DNA from: a virus
Direction: 5' to 3' (one strand)
DNA: 64,000 bases
IMG/VR virus record: IMGVR_UViG_3300030107_002332
Positions 55,190 through 64,000 of the stretch are shown here, in pieces (position 1 is the first letter of the stretch; every line of letters begins with the position of its first letter). The translations under genes were made by a program, and so were the position numbers. The notes below the pieces were generated by a model. That model was not told the DNA's origin. It saw nothing but the letters and a program-made list of their open reading frames with translations, and did no database searches.

Positions 55190-55996
55190 TTATCCAATCA
55201 AGTCTAACGGTGGTAATTCATAACGATCACGTAGTTCTTTTTCAAGATCTAACTTGTACTGACTGCCATCTTCAAGAATCTGACGACCATTGAGTGTTAC
55301 TCCACCCAACATTTGAATGCCATCATACTTACTTAGGTTACGTCCCCATTGCTGTTGAAACAATGCTTCAACGTAATCTTTTAGCCAATTGTCATTAAAC
55401 ATACTAGTGTATGTAGTAGGATCCTGACGCATGGTACAGTCAACCATAATATGATCACCTGCTTGGAGTTCATTCCAATCCATGTCCATACTTAATCTAC
55501 CTGAGTGTTCATTCCACCCTATCCTACGATTTTGTTGAGAGTTTGTAACCCAGTCTAATGTTTCCAGATATTGAGATGTTAAGAAGTAATGTAATATTTG
55601 TCCATGCGTCATCGCATAGATGTCATTCAAAAAGATTTGGTATTTAATATTGAATATGTTACCTGGGACTATACTTGAAGCACCAATACTTGTGTATACA
55701 TGATTGACACCTAAGAGTCCTGGTGGTGTTGAAATATAATTATTAACACCATACCATGTAGTTGATCCTTGCTGAGTTTCTGATTGAGCTGCAGTTTTAA
55801 TTGCATCAGTAACCTCAACCTTCATCCATGCACGATAACTTCCATTATAATGATACTCTTGGTAGTAATCAATTGCTTCTTCTACCAAGTCATCAAGTTG
55901 CTCAGTCGCCACATTAATATCTACCGTAGGATACCCTAATCTACGAAGAGCATAGTCTTTTAACTCTGTTTTAGTTGCAGGTCTAGTTGTGGACAT
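55190..55996 (-). CDS. g13: Neck protein (gp13)
   Basis: YALRRLGYP, QWGRNLSKYDG, LGGVTLNG. Confidence 0.93.
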   Translation of the reverse strand: MSTTRPATKTELKDYALRRLGYPTVDINVATEQLDDLVEEAIDYYQEYHYNGSYRAWMKVEVTDAIKTAAQSETQQGSTTWYGVNNYISTPPGLLGVNHVYTSIGASSIVPGNIFNIKYQIFLNDIYAMTHGQILHYFLTSQYLETLDWVTNSQQNRRIGWNEHSGRLSMDMDWNELQAGDHIMVDCTMRQDPTTYTSMFNDNWLKDYVEALFQQQWGRNLSKYDGIQMLGGVTLNGRQILEDGSQYKLDLEKELRDRYELPPLDLIG

Positions 55997-56001
55997 TTAT
56001 T

Positions 56002-59000
56002 TTAAGCGAATGAGGAAATAGTCAAGTTAGTTACATCATTAGCACCAACGGTTTCTCCGACCTTGAAGAATCCATCAACATTATCAACGGTGACTGAAGT
56101 AGCACCAAGAGCAGTAATAACTCCAGTTGTACCAGAGGTTCCACCTGTTACAGTTGCACCAACTTCCATCGTTGTGATATCAGATAGAGCGAACGTAGCA
56201 TTAGTGAATACGGTAGAAGTATTAATCGTTGCGTTAGCAAAGATAGTAGCAATATCAACCGTTGCACCATTACCATGTATAGCAGATACAGGGAAGGATG
56301 CAGTGCTACCGTGAATAGCAGATACAGGAATTGTGGCACTATTACCATGAATTGCTGTAACATCAAAGGTAAGAGCAGCACCACCACCTCCACCAAGTTG
56401 TGCGTCAGCAACAGTAACTGTTTCATTAGCAATCCAAGTATCACCATCATTAACAACGGTAACTGTAGCAGCACCAGAACCATTAACTACAATAGTAAAG
56501 GTTGCATTCTGACCAGATGCTTGAGAAGCATAGTCAGTAGCAGCAATATTATATGTACCAGAACTTCTTGATGCGTCAGCAGCACCAATGTTACCTACAG
56601 TGTTAATACCAGAGGCATTAGCGTTAGTGATAGTCAAGACTTCAGATGCTGCATATCCAGAACCATCATCATTAATTGTAACTCCAGTAACAGCACCGTT
56701 AGCACCAACTGTTATATCAACAGTTCCACCAGTTCCAGATCCAGATGATGTAGTTGCAATAGCAGATCCAGCAGAGTATCCAGTACCAGCAGTAGCGATA
56801 GAACCAAGAGTCTTGGCACCAGTAGCATTTGCGTTAGTAATTGTGATTACTTCATCAGCAGCATAACCAGATCCATCATCATTAATAGTAACTCCAGATA
56901 CAACACCAGAACTTACAGTAACATCTACTGTCAATCCAGTTCCTGAACCAGCAGAAGTTGTTGCAATTCCAGATCCAGCAGCATAACCAGTACCACCTTG
57001 AGAAATAGATCCAAGTGTCTTAGCACCAGATGCATTAGCGTTCACAATAGTGATTGTGTCATCTACTGCGTATCCTGATCCTGCAGCATTTATAGCAGCA
57101 CCAGTTACAACACCATTAGATGTTGTGAGGTTAAGTGTTAATCCTGAACCTCCACCACCTGTAGTAGCGATTGCAGTTCCGTTGGCATATCCTGTACCAC
57201 CTACAAGGGTGTCAACAGTCGATGCACCACCTGCATTACTATTCGCAATAGTGATTGTCTCACCAATAGCATATCCAGATCCTGCAGCGTTTATAGCAAC
57301 GTTAGTGATTGCTCCATTTCCATCAACAGTAGTGTTAAGAGTTAATCCAGTTCCTGATCCAGATGAACTTGTTGCAACTCCAGTAGCAGCAGAGAATCCT
57401 CCAACACCACCTGATAGAGTACCCAAGTTAAGAGTATCAACACCACCAAGATTAGGGTTAGTAATTGTTAAAGTATCACCAATTAAGTATCCAGTACCAG
57501 CAGCATTTAATGCAAGACCAGTTATAATTCCATCAGCATTTACTGTAGTATCAACAGTTAATCCAGATCCAGTTCCACCTGTTGTAGCAACGTTTGTTGC
57601 TCCTGTGAATCCACCAACTCCACCAGCTGAAATAGATCCAAGTGTTACAACAGATCCAGGAGTAGGATCTCCAGATAAGTTAAGTGTTAATGTTGTTGCA
57701 GTAGCAAGGTTATTCAACATAGCACTAAGTTGTGCGTATGCATTATCAAGTTTTGCTTGAACTCTTGCTTCTGTATAATATTGATTAGTTCCTTCAGAAA
57801 GGTTAGTTGTAGACTTACTGGATAGATCTAAGTTAGCACCCGTTGCAGCAGCGACTCTTGCATTCGCTCTTGCATCTGTATAGTAAAGGTTAGATCCTTC
57901 TGATAGATCTCCAGTATCAGCAGCAGCAATACGTGCGTCTGCTCTTGCATCTGTAAAGAATAATTTACTTGATCCTTCAGTAATATTATCAGTATTAATA
58001 TCTGCCTGTGTTACAGATAGAGTACCACTACTATGTGTGATACCTGTGCCGTATGTAAAGTGTGTCCTTGTTCTGGCAGCAGTAGTAAAGAGATTTGTTG
58101 ATCCCTCAGTTATGTTATCAGAGTTAACGTCTGCCTGAGTAACAGATAGTGTGTATGTATTAGCAGCGTCATCATATACCTTAGTAACACCAGTACCAGC
58201 AATGATAACAGCATTAAGTCTGTCATCTACACGCTCGTTAGTGAAGTAAAGGTTAGTTGATCCTTCAGATAATGCATCAGTATCATGGTTTGCAATACTT
58301 GAAACTGTTCCAGTTACGTTACCAGTTACAGCACCAGTGATAGGACCAGCGAATCCAGTAGCAGTAAGGATTCCAGTATTTGAATTGAATGTTAAGTTTG
58401 TACCACTCTTAACTGCAAGAGAACCAGTCGCTGCAGTTGTGAATAGAACATTACATGAGGTGTCTGTTGACTCATCAGCAACGGTTACTGTAGCAGCAAG
58501 AGTTGCAGAATCAGCGTTACCTGTAAGATCACCAGTTACATCACCAGTCAAGGTACCAGTAATCGCTGTAATATTTGCAGCATCACCGTAAATATTTTGC
58601 CATCTGACTGAAGTAGTACCAAGATCATATGTACTATCAGCAGCAGGATTTAAGTTCTTAGCAGTTGATGTAGTTCCAACAATATTACCTGTTAGATCTC
58701 CAGCAACATTACCTGTTATATTACCAGTTACATTACCAGTTAGAGTTCCTGTAATAGCAGTGATGTCTGCAGCATCTGCGTAGAGCTTCTGCCAACGAAC
58801 TGTATTAGTACCAAGATCATATGAACTATCTGAAGCAGGATTAAGATCCTTAGCAGTAGAAGTAGCACCTGTAAGGTTACCAACTAAATCTGAAGTAATC
58901 TCATTAGCAGCAAAGTCACCAGATGCATCACGTATGACTAAGTTATTTGCAGCGTTTGTGCTTGAAGAAGCAACGTTAATTGTTGTGTTACCTGATACAC

Positions 59001-62000
59001 CATCAGGGTTTGTAAGAGTAATACCAGAGGATGCTGTAACAGCAAGTGTTCTTTGTGCGTAAGTATTTGCAGCAGTCCTTACAACGTATCCTGTGCCAGA
59101 CATTGCTGCCAAAGCAGTTATATCAGCATCAACGAATGTTGTAGTAATGCTTACATCAGCAGATCCGTTAAAGGATACAGTACCAGAAACAACACCAGCA
59201 ACTGCGATATTCCTTGCAGTCTCAAGTGTAGTTGCTGTAGATGCATTACCTGTTAGAGCAGCAGTAATTGTTCCTGCAGCAAAATTACCAGATCCATCTC
59301 TATTAACAACTGTAGATACTGTATTAGCAGTAGCAGTTGTCATACCATCCAGTAAGTCTGCGTTAAGGTTTGAAACCTTAGTTGTAGATGCAACTACAAA
59401 TGGAGCAGTACCTTGAGCAAGTTGAGAAATTATTTGTCCATCAACTGTTGCTGTACCATCTACGTTTAAATTATTGTCTATATCAACTGATGTACCAGCA
59501 CCAGTTACATTAAGTGATCCAACTCTTAAAGCACCATCAGTACCTGATAGAACTTCAGAACTATTAGTTGCACTTGTTAGGAATGCGAATTGTTGCGATG
59601 ATCTATCGAAACCAAAGAAGCCGATTTTAGCAGAGCCGTCGTAGTAACGGAACTCAATACCCCTATCCTTAGCATCGTTAGAAGATGGTGCTGTGTCACC
59701 ACCCAAAGTAACAATAGGGTCATCGTAAGTTGTGACCGTACTGTTGACTGTAGTTGTTGTTCCATTGACTGTAAGATTACCTGTGACTACAAGATCAGAT
59801 TGTAATGCCGTATCACCAGCAACCTGAAGTTCTCCTGCAGATACGATATTACCATTGTCAGTATCAACTGTAAATTTATCAACAGCTGAAGCATTCTGTA
59901 CTTTAAAGAACTTGTTATCTGCTTTAACTATTGTCTGATCATTAACAGTTAATGTGCCAGAAATGTCAGCATTATTATTAAGATCTAATGTACCTGTTAA
60001 TTCTGTATTGCCGTAGACTCGTGCCCCGCCACCAACTGCTAAGTTCTTAGCTAAACCAATACCACCAGAGAATCTTGCAGAACCATCAGCAGCGTATGAC
60101 CCTGTTAGAGTTTGCTCTGTGTTGTTAGTGAATGTATTAACACCAGATGTTCCGAATGTATCGTTGATCTGTGTAGCATCACCAACTGTTAATGTACCAA
60201 TTATATTTGTATTACCATTGTCTGTATCAACACCAAACTTCTCAACTGCAGAACCGTTTCTGATAGAGAAGATTTCATTTGCCTCATCAATAACAACTGA
60301 GTCATTGACATTGATCTGACCATCAACTTGTAAGGTTCCTGAGATTACAGTATTACCGTTATCAGTATCTACTGTGAACTTATCTGCTGCAGCAGCAGTC
60401 TGAACCTTGAACATCTTGTTGTCAGACTTGACAATAAGATCATCTTGGATAGTTGTAGCACCATCTACATTAAGTGTAGTATCAAAATCAACTGCACCTT
60501 TTACATTTAGATCTCCTTCATTTACTGCATTACCAGTAGCAGAAGCAATAGTAAACTTATCAGTTGTACCAGAACGAACTGCAAAGTTGCCATCAACATC
60601 TACAGTTCCATTAAACTCAGCGTTACCATTCTGTGTTAGTGTACCTTCAGATGTTATATTACCTGTAGCACCTAAGACTGTAAACTTAACTGTGTCTCCA
60701 GAGTTCTTTTTACCAACGAATAGACCTTCTCCAGATCCAGTAGCACCAACATGTAGGTTCTGGTTAACACCAGCACCACCATATACTCTTAAGTTAGAAG
60801 TGTTATGATTTGAATAGGAAGGATTGTAAGAAACACTTGAACCAGCCCTGATCTTATATCTGACCTGCAACCAGTTCCGTAAACCCCAACTCTCAGTTCC
60901 ACTATCTCTCTGGTTGAAGTCTCCGTTCAGGTAGATATCACTATCAAACAATACTGCCTTATCAAAGAATCCACCACCATCTACTCTTAATGCACCATAG
61001 TCAGAACTCTGTATCTCGTACAAGTCTGTAGCATTGTTTAGTGCAATGTTAGGTTCATCAGTAGATTCAAAATGAACTAAAGATCCAACATTTAATGTAC
61101 CTTCAAGATCTGTATTACCATTATCTGTATCAACTGTAAACTTGTCTGCAGCTGCAGCAGTTTGAATTTTAAAGAACTTGTTATCTGCCTTGATAGTAGT
61201 AGCATCAGATACTGTTAAAGTACCTGCTATAGCAGTGTTACCAGATGCTGCTGTGATATTAAACTTGTTACTATTAACATCAACGTTACCTGTAACAGCA
61301 AGAACACCTGCCATTGTTAGGTTACCAGATGTAGTTACTGCAGTAATTTTAGCGTTATTACTACCATCCTTAAGTATGAAATTCTTAGAAGCACCTTTAA
61401 TTACTACTTCATCAGTAAAGAGTGATGTGCCTGTGACACCTAAGTTAGTATCGATATCTACTGAACCACCGATATTGACACTACCACCGATACCAGCACC
61501 ACCTGCGACCACTAAGTCACCAGTAGTATTAGTTGTAGATGCTGTACCAGTTGTAAGTTTTAAGTTACCAGCGATGATCCCTGCATCTGTTCCAGAGAAT
61601 ACCTCTGCGGTATTTGTGGCATTGTAGAGGAACGTGAATGATCCTGCATGTCCTCCAAGATCGTTGGCCGAATCGTCGTAACCAAAGAATCCAACTCTTG
61701 CTTGAGAGTCGTAATATCTGAACTCAACACCTCTGTCTTTGTTATCGTCTGTTGAAGGAGCAGTGTCACCACCAAGAGTGATAATAGGATCATCCAGAGT
61801 AGTAACTGCTGAGTTAATTGTTGTAGTCGTTCCATCAACTTGCAAGTCCCCCATTATCTGAACTTTACCACTTGTTGCTCTGTCATCACCAGGATCAAGG
61901 ATCATAGTGGCAGAAGAGGAAGCGATATAGTCCCCTTGGAAATATGTGTCTTCTACTTGTACTTTACCAGCAGAATCTGATGCAGTGATTGTAACAGCAT

Positions 62001-63489
62001 TCTCTGCAGTTACTATAACACTACTATTACCAGAACCAGAGTTAGATGCTGATACAGTTAAAGATCTTGCAGAAGTTGAGTTCTGTGTAGTTGTGAAGGT
62101 AAGATTACCATCACCAGTCTTGTTTAGAGTTTGTGCAACCCCTCCGTCGAGGGTAATGTCTGCATCACTGAAATAGGATCTGACGTTGACATCAATCTCT
62201 CCAGCACCACCATCACCCGTATTATTTGCGCCAAACAGTAAATTACCACTTGTATCATTAATCTTGACATAGTTAAGTTTATTGAATCCACGATATCCTG
62301 TAGTAGCAGTTAATTCTTGGTCGAGGTCGAAGTCCTCTTTCGCGTTGCCGTCAGCAAAGGAAATTCTACTGTTTTGTAATTGATTATTGTCAATAGAACC
62401 AAGAGACATAGTAACGTGACCTGCTGCAGATACGTCAAAGTCTTCCTGATCAAAGGACGCGAGTCCTTTTTGTGGTGTTGCACTCGCACCAAGATACTCC
62501 CACGATCCCGCATCGCTAGCATCAGAATGAGTAGGTGCCCCAGCTCCTGCTGCAATACCTGCAATGGCCTGATAAAGTTTCGATGCATTAGTGATTTGAT
62601 CACCACGGGAATAGGTCGTTCCTGCATTATATGCTGCTGCTAATGTTCCTTGTGTAGCAGTCGCAATCGGAATTGTCGCTGCTGCAGTTATTCTACCATA
62701 AGTATCAACGCTATATTGCCCTGCGTTAACAGTTTCTGATCCAGCAACAGAAGTAGTACTTGCTGTATTGTAATCAGCAGCAGTTACAGCAGTTGCAACT
62801 AAATCAATAGTTGGGTTACCATTAAGACCAGCACCTTCATTAACTTGAATTCTTTGTGCAGTACCAGTAATAGTTCTGGTTTGCATATTACCAGCACTGG
62901 TTCTGGAAATCATACCAGTAGTGGTAAGACCAGCAATAGAAACAAGATCTAAATCATATGGTTGTGCAGATGAACCTTCTACTGTTCCATTAAGGTTATA
63001 ATCTGCTAACGTTGAAGGAGTTGAAGCATTTTTAATTCTACCCTGAGCATCTACAGTAACCTTCGTATAGGTTGCGGAAGATTCAGCAGTACCATCATAA
63101 TGTGGTAATGTTGATATAAGTTCTAGAGTTGTTACAAGGTTTAAGTTCTGAGAACCGTCAAATACACCAGAACCTTGAATGTCTCCTGATAATTGAATCT
63201 GACGAGTTGAAGCAAGTCTTGTGGAAGTTGAAGCATTACCAATAAGAGTTGATGTAATAGTACCTGCAGCGAAGTTACCGTCTGCGTCTCTCTGTACTAA
63301 AGTATTTGCAGTATTAGATGTCGATTCAACTGGACGCTCGTACCTCAAAGAGTTCCACGCTGAAACGCCATCTCCAATTTTAAATCGTCCAGTATCTAAT
63401 TCTATCCCTAATTCGCCTTGTGCTAATGTAGGGTTGGAGTTTGCCCATTCTTGGGCACCACCTCTTCTTAATTGAATTCTATTTGCCAT
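56002..63489 (-). CDS. Very large modular tail-fibre / virion structural protein
   Basis: 2495 aa; N-terminal IQLRRG...FKIGDG (Mtd-N-like) module; several internal repeat families; TAAATA at 63527-63532. Confidence 0.8.
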   Translation of the reverse strand: MANRIQLRRGGAQEWANSNPTLAQGELGIELDTGRFKIGDGVSAWNSLRYERPVESTSNTANTLVQRDADGNFAAGTITSTLIGNASTSTRLASTRQIQLSGDIQGSGVFDGSQNLNLVTTLELISTLPHYDGTAESSATYTKVTVDAQGRIKNASTPSTLADYNLNGTVEGSSAQPYDLDLVSIAGLTTTGMISRTSAGNMQTRTITGTAQRIQVNEGAGLNGNPTIDLVATAVTAADYNTASTTSVAGSETVNAGQYSVDTYGRITAAATIPIATATQGTLAAAYNAGTTYSRGDQITNASKLYQAIAGIAAGAGAPTHSDASDAGSWEYLGASATPQKGLASFDQEDFDVSAAGHVTMSLGSIDNNQLQNSRISFADGNAKEDFDLDQELTATTGYRGFNKLNYVKINDTSGNLLFGANNTGDGGAGEIDVNVRSYFSDADITLDGGVAQTLNKTGDGNLTFTTTQNSTSARSLTVSASNSGSGNSSVIVTAENAVTITASDSAGKVQVEDTYFQGDYIASSSATMILDPGDDRATSGKVQIMGDLQVDGTTTTINSAVTTLDDPIITLGGDTAPSTDDNKDRGVEFRYYDSQARVGFFGYDDSANDLGGHAGSFTFLYNATNTAEVFSGTDAGIIAGNLKLTTGTASTTNTTGDLVVAGGAGIGGSVNIGGSVDIDTNLGVTGTSLFTDEVVIKGASKNFILKDGSNNAKITAVTTSGNLTMAGVLAVTGNVDVNSNKFNITAASGNTAIAGTLTVSDATTIKADNKFFKIQTAAAADKFTVDTDNGNTDLEGTLNVGSLVHFESTDEPNIALNNATDLYEIQSSDYGALRVDGGGFFDKAVLFDSDIYLNGDFNQRDSGTESWGLRNWLQVRYKIRAGSSVSYNPSYSNHNTSNLRVYGGAGVNQNLHVGATGSGEGLFVGKKNSGDTVKFTVLGATGNITSEGTLTQNGNAEFNGTVDVDGNFAVRSGTTDKFTIASATGNAVNEGDLNVKGAVDFDTTLNVDGATTIQDDLIVKSDNKMFKVQTAAAADKFTVDTDNGNTVISGTLQVDGQINVNDSVVIDEANEIFSIRNGSAVEKFGVDTDNGNTNIIGTLTVGDATQINDTFGTSGVNTFTNNTEQTLTGSYAADGSARFSGGIGLAKNLAVGGGARVYGNTELTGTLDLNNNADISGTLTVNDQTIVKADNKFFKVQNASAVDKFTVDTDNGNIVSAGELQVAGDTALQSDLVVTGNLTVNGTTTTVNSTVTTYDDPIVTLGGDTAPSSNDAKDRGIEFRYYDGSAKIGFFGFDRSSQQFAFLTSATNSSEVLSGTDGALRVGSLNVTGAGTSVDIDNNLNVDGTATVDGQIISQLAQGTAPFVVASTTKVSNLNADLLDGMTTATANTVSTVVNRDGSGNFAAGTITAALTGNASTATTLETARNIAVAGVVSGTVSFNGSADVSITTTFVDADITALAAMSGTGYVVRTAANTYAQRTLAVTASSGITLTNPDGVSGNTTINVASSSTNAANNLVIRDASGDFAANEITSDLVGNLTGATSTAKDLNPASDSSYDLGTNTVRWQKLYADAADITAITGTLTGNVTGNITGNVAGDLTGNIVGTTSTAKNLNPAADSTYDLGTTSVRWQNIYGDAANITAITGTLTGDVTGDLTGNADSATLAATVTVADESTDTSCNVLFTTAATGSLAVKSGTNLTFNSNTGILTATGFAGPITGAVTGNVTGTVSSIANHDTDALSEGSTNLYFTNERVDDRLNAVIIAGTGVTKVYDDAANTYTLSVTQADVNSDNITEGSTNLFTTAARTRTHFTYGTGITHSSGTLSVTQADINTDNITEGSSKLFFTDARADARIAAADTGDLSEGSNLYYTDARANARVAAATGANLDLSSKSTTNLSEGTNQYYTEARVQAKLDNAYAQLSAMLNNLATATTLTLNLSGDPTPGSVVTLGSISAGGVGGFTGATNVATTGGTGSGLTVDTTVNADGIITGLALNAAGTGYLIGDTLTITNPNLGGVDTLNLGTLSGGVGGFSAATGVATSSSGSGTGLTLNTTVDGNGAITNVAINAAGSGYAIGETITIANSNAGGASTVDTLVGGTGYANGTAIATTGGGGSGLTLNLTTSNGVVTGAAINAAGSGYAVDDTITIVNANASGAKTLGSISQGGTGYAAGSGIATTSAGSGTGLTVDVTVSSGVVSGVTINDDGSGYAADEVITITNANATGAKTLGSIATAGTGYSAGSAIATTSSGSGTGGTVDITVGANGAVTGVTINDDGSGYAASEVLTITNANASGINTVGNIGAADASRSSGTYNIAATDYASQASGQNATFTIVVNGSGAATVTVVNDGDTWIANETVTVADAQLGGGGGAALTFDVTAIHGNSATIPVSAIHGSTASFPVSAIHGNGATVDIATIFANATINTSTVFTNATFALSDITTMEVGATVTGGTSGTTGVITALGATSVTVDNVDGFFKVGETVGANDVTNLTISSFA
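56400..57700 (-). repeat. About six tandem ~60-aa Gly/Thr repeats (GTGY...ATT..GSGTGLT...NGAVTGVTIN..GSGY..DE.ITITNANA)
   Basis: Visible in the translation of the fibre C-terminus; bounds approximate. Confidence 0.75.
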
Positions 63490-63539
63490 TTTATTAGGAC
63501 AACTCTATGAGAACATGCTTCCAAGTTATTTATGTCACT

Positions 63540-63565
63540 AAAAAAGGGGAACTAAGTTCCCCCTT
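63540..63565 (-). terminator. Rho-independent terminator upstream of the fibre gene
   Basis: GGGGAAC-3nt-GTTCCCC with poly-U on minus strand. Confidence 0.75.
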
Positions 63566-63567
63566 GA

Positions 63568-63825
63568 TTATTCTTCAGTTGTTGTTCCAGGGGATGTATC
63601 TGTGTCGAGATTATCTACCGTTTCGGAACCTGGAGGATTTTCATCATAATATTCCAAAGCTTCGATGGCACCTTGTAATTTGAGTGCTACGATTTCATTA
63701 TCTTTAATTTTTTTTGAATACTCTTGATTTTCATTAATCAAGGTTTGTAGTCTTTCCTTAAACTGTGCCAGCATTACAGGTTGCGTAACCTTTTCTACTG
63801 GTTGTTCAGGTGTGCTAGTCGTCAT
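63568..63825 (-). CDS. Small coiled-coil hypothetical protein
   Basis: 85 aa. Confidence 0.7.
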   Translation of the reverse strand: MTTSTPEQPVEKVTQPVMLAQFKERLQTLINENQEYSKKIKDNEIVALKLQGAIEALEYYDENPPGSETVDNLDTDTSPGTTTEE

Positions 63826-63827
63826 AA

Positions 63828-64000
63828 TTAAGTCCTTTCTTTGTTAGCTAACTGGAGTAAGAGGGCTTTAATCTCACTCATCTCTGATTTTAACTCAGAA
63901 ACCTCATTTTGTAAAGAGCCAAAATCTTTTTCTTTACGTTGCTCAGCCCTATATCCTTTCATGTACTGATTATACACTGACGTATCAGAACAGTTTATAG
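63828..64000 (-). CDS. 3' end of a coiled-coil hypothetical protein (...EVSELKSEMSEIKALLLQLANKERT)
   Basis: Hand-translated; truncated by window edge. Confidence 0.65.
   Translation of the reverse strand, partial: INCSDTSVYNQYMKGYRAEQRKEKDFGSLQNEVSELKSEMSEIKALLLQLANKERT

Noticed and set aside
56063-63475. Many plus-strand ORFs opposite the fibre gene
   Set aside because: Shadow frames of Gly/Thr/Ala-rich repetitive coding with few antisense stops.

Overview
A 64-kb segment of a T4-like marine cyanomyovirus (Prochlorococcus/Synechococcus phage; AT-rich, nearly all genes on the minus strand). In transcription order (right to left): a 2495-aa tail-fibre-like protein, neck and tail genes (g13-g15), terminase (g16, a small-gene island, g17), g18-g23 head and tail genes, then a stand-alone class II aminoacyl-tRNA-synthetase catalytic domain immediately followed by an atypical tRNA. 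After these come purM, g3, uvsY/uvsW, g55, pyrE, g47/g46, a VWA-peptidase plus CobS-like AAA pair, g45/g44/dam/g62/regA, a convergent cluster of secreted and membrane proteins, hsp20, pstS with a Pho-box-like site, g43, uvsX, g41, mazG, a PD-(D/E)XK-like nuclease, a cytidyltransferase-like enzyme and lysine-rich putative internal head proteins. The most striking element (39073-39966) is an AsnRS/AspRS-like catalytic core without an anticodon-binding domain, whose stop codon lies 8 nt before an 88-nt tRNA with a GUU (Asn) anticodon, a long class II variable arm and U37. This is a candidate phage-encoded orthogonal synthetase/tRNA pair. All product calls come from motif recognition and synteny by eye; no database searches were run.
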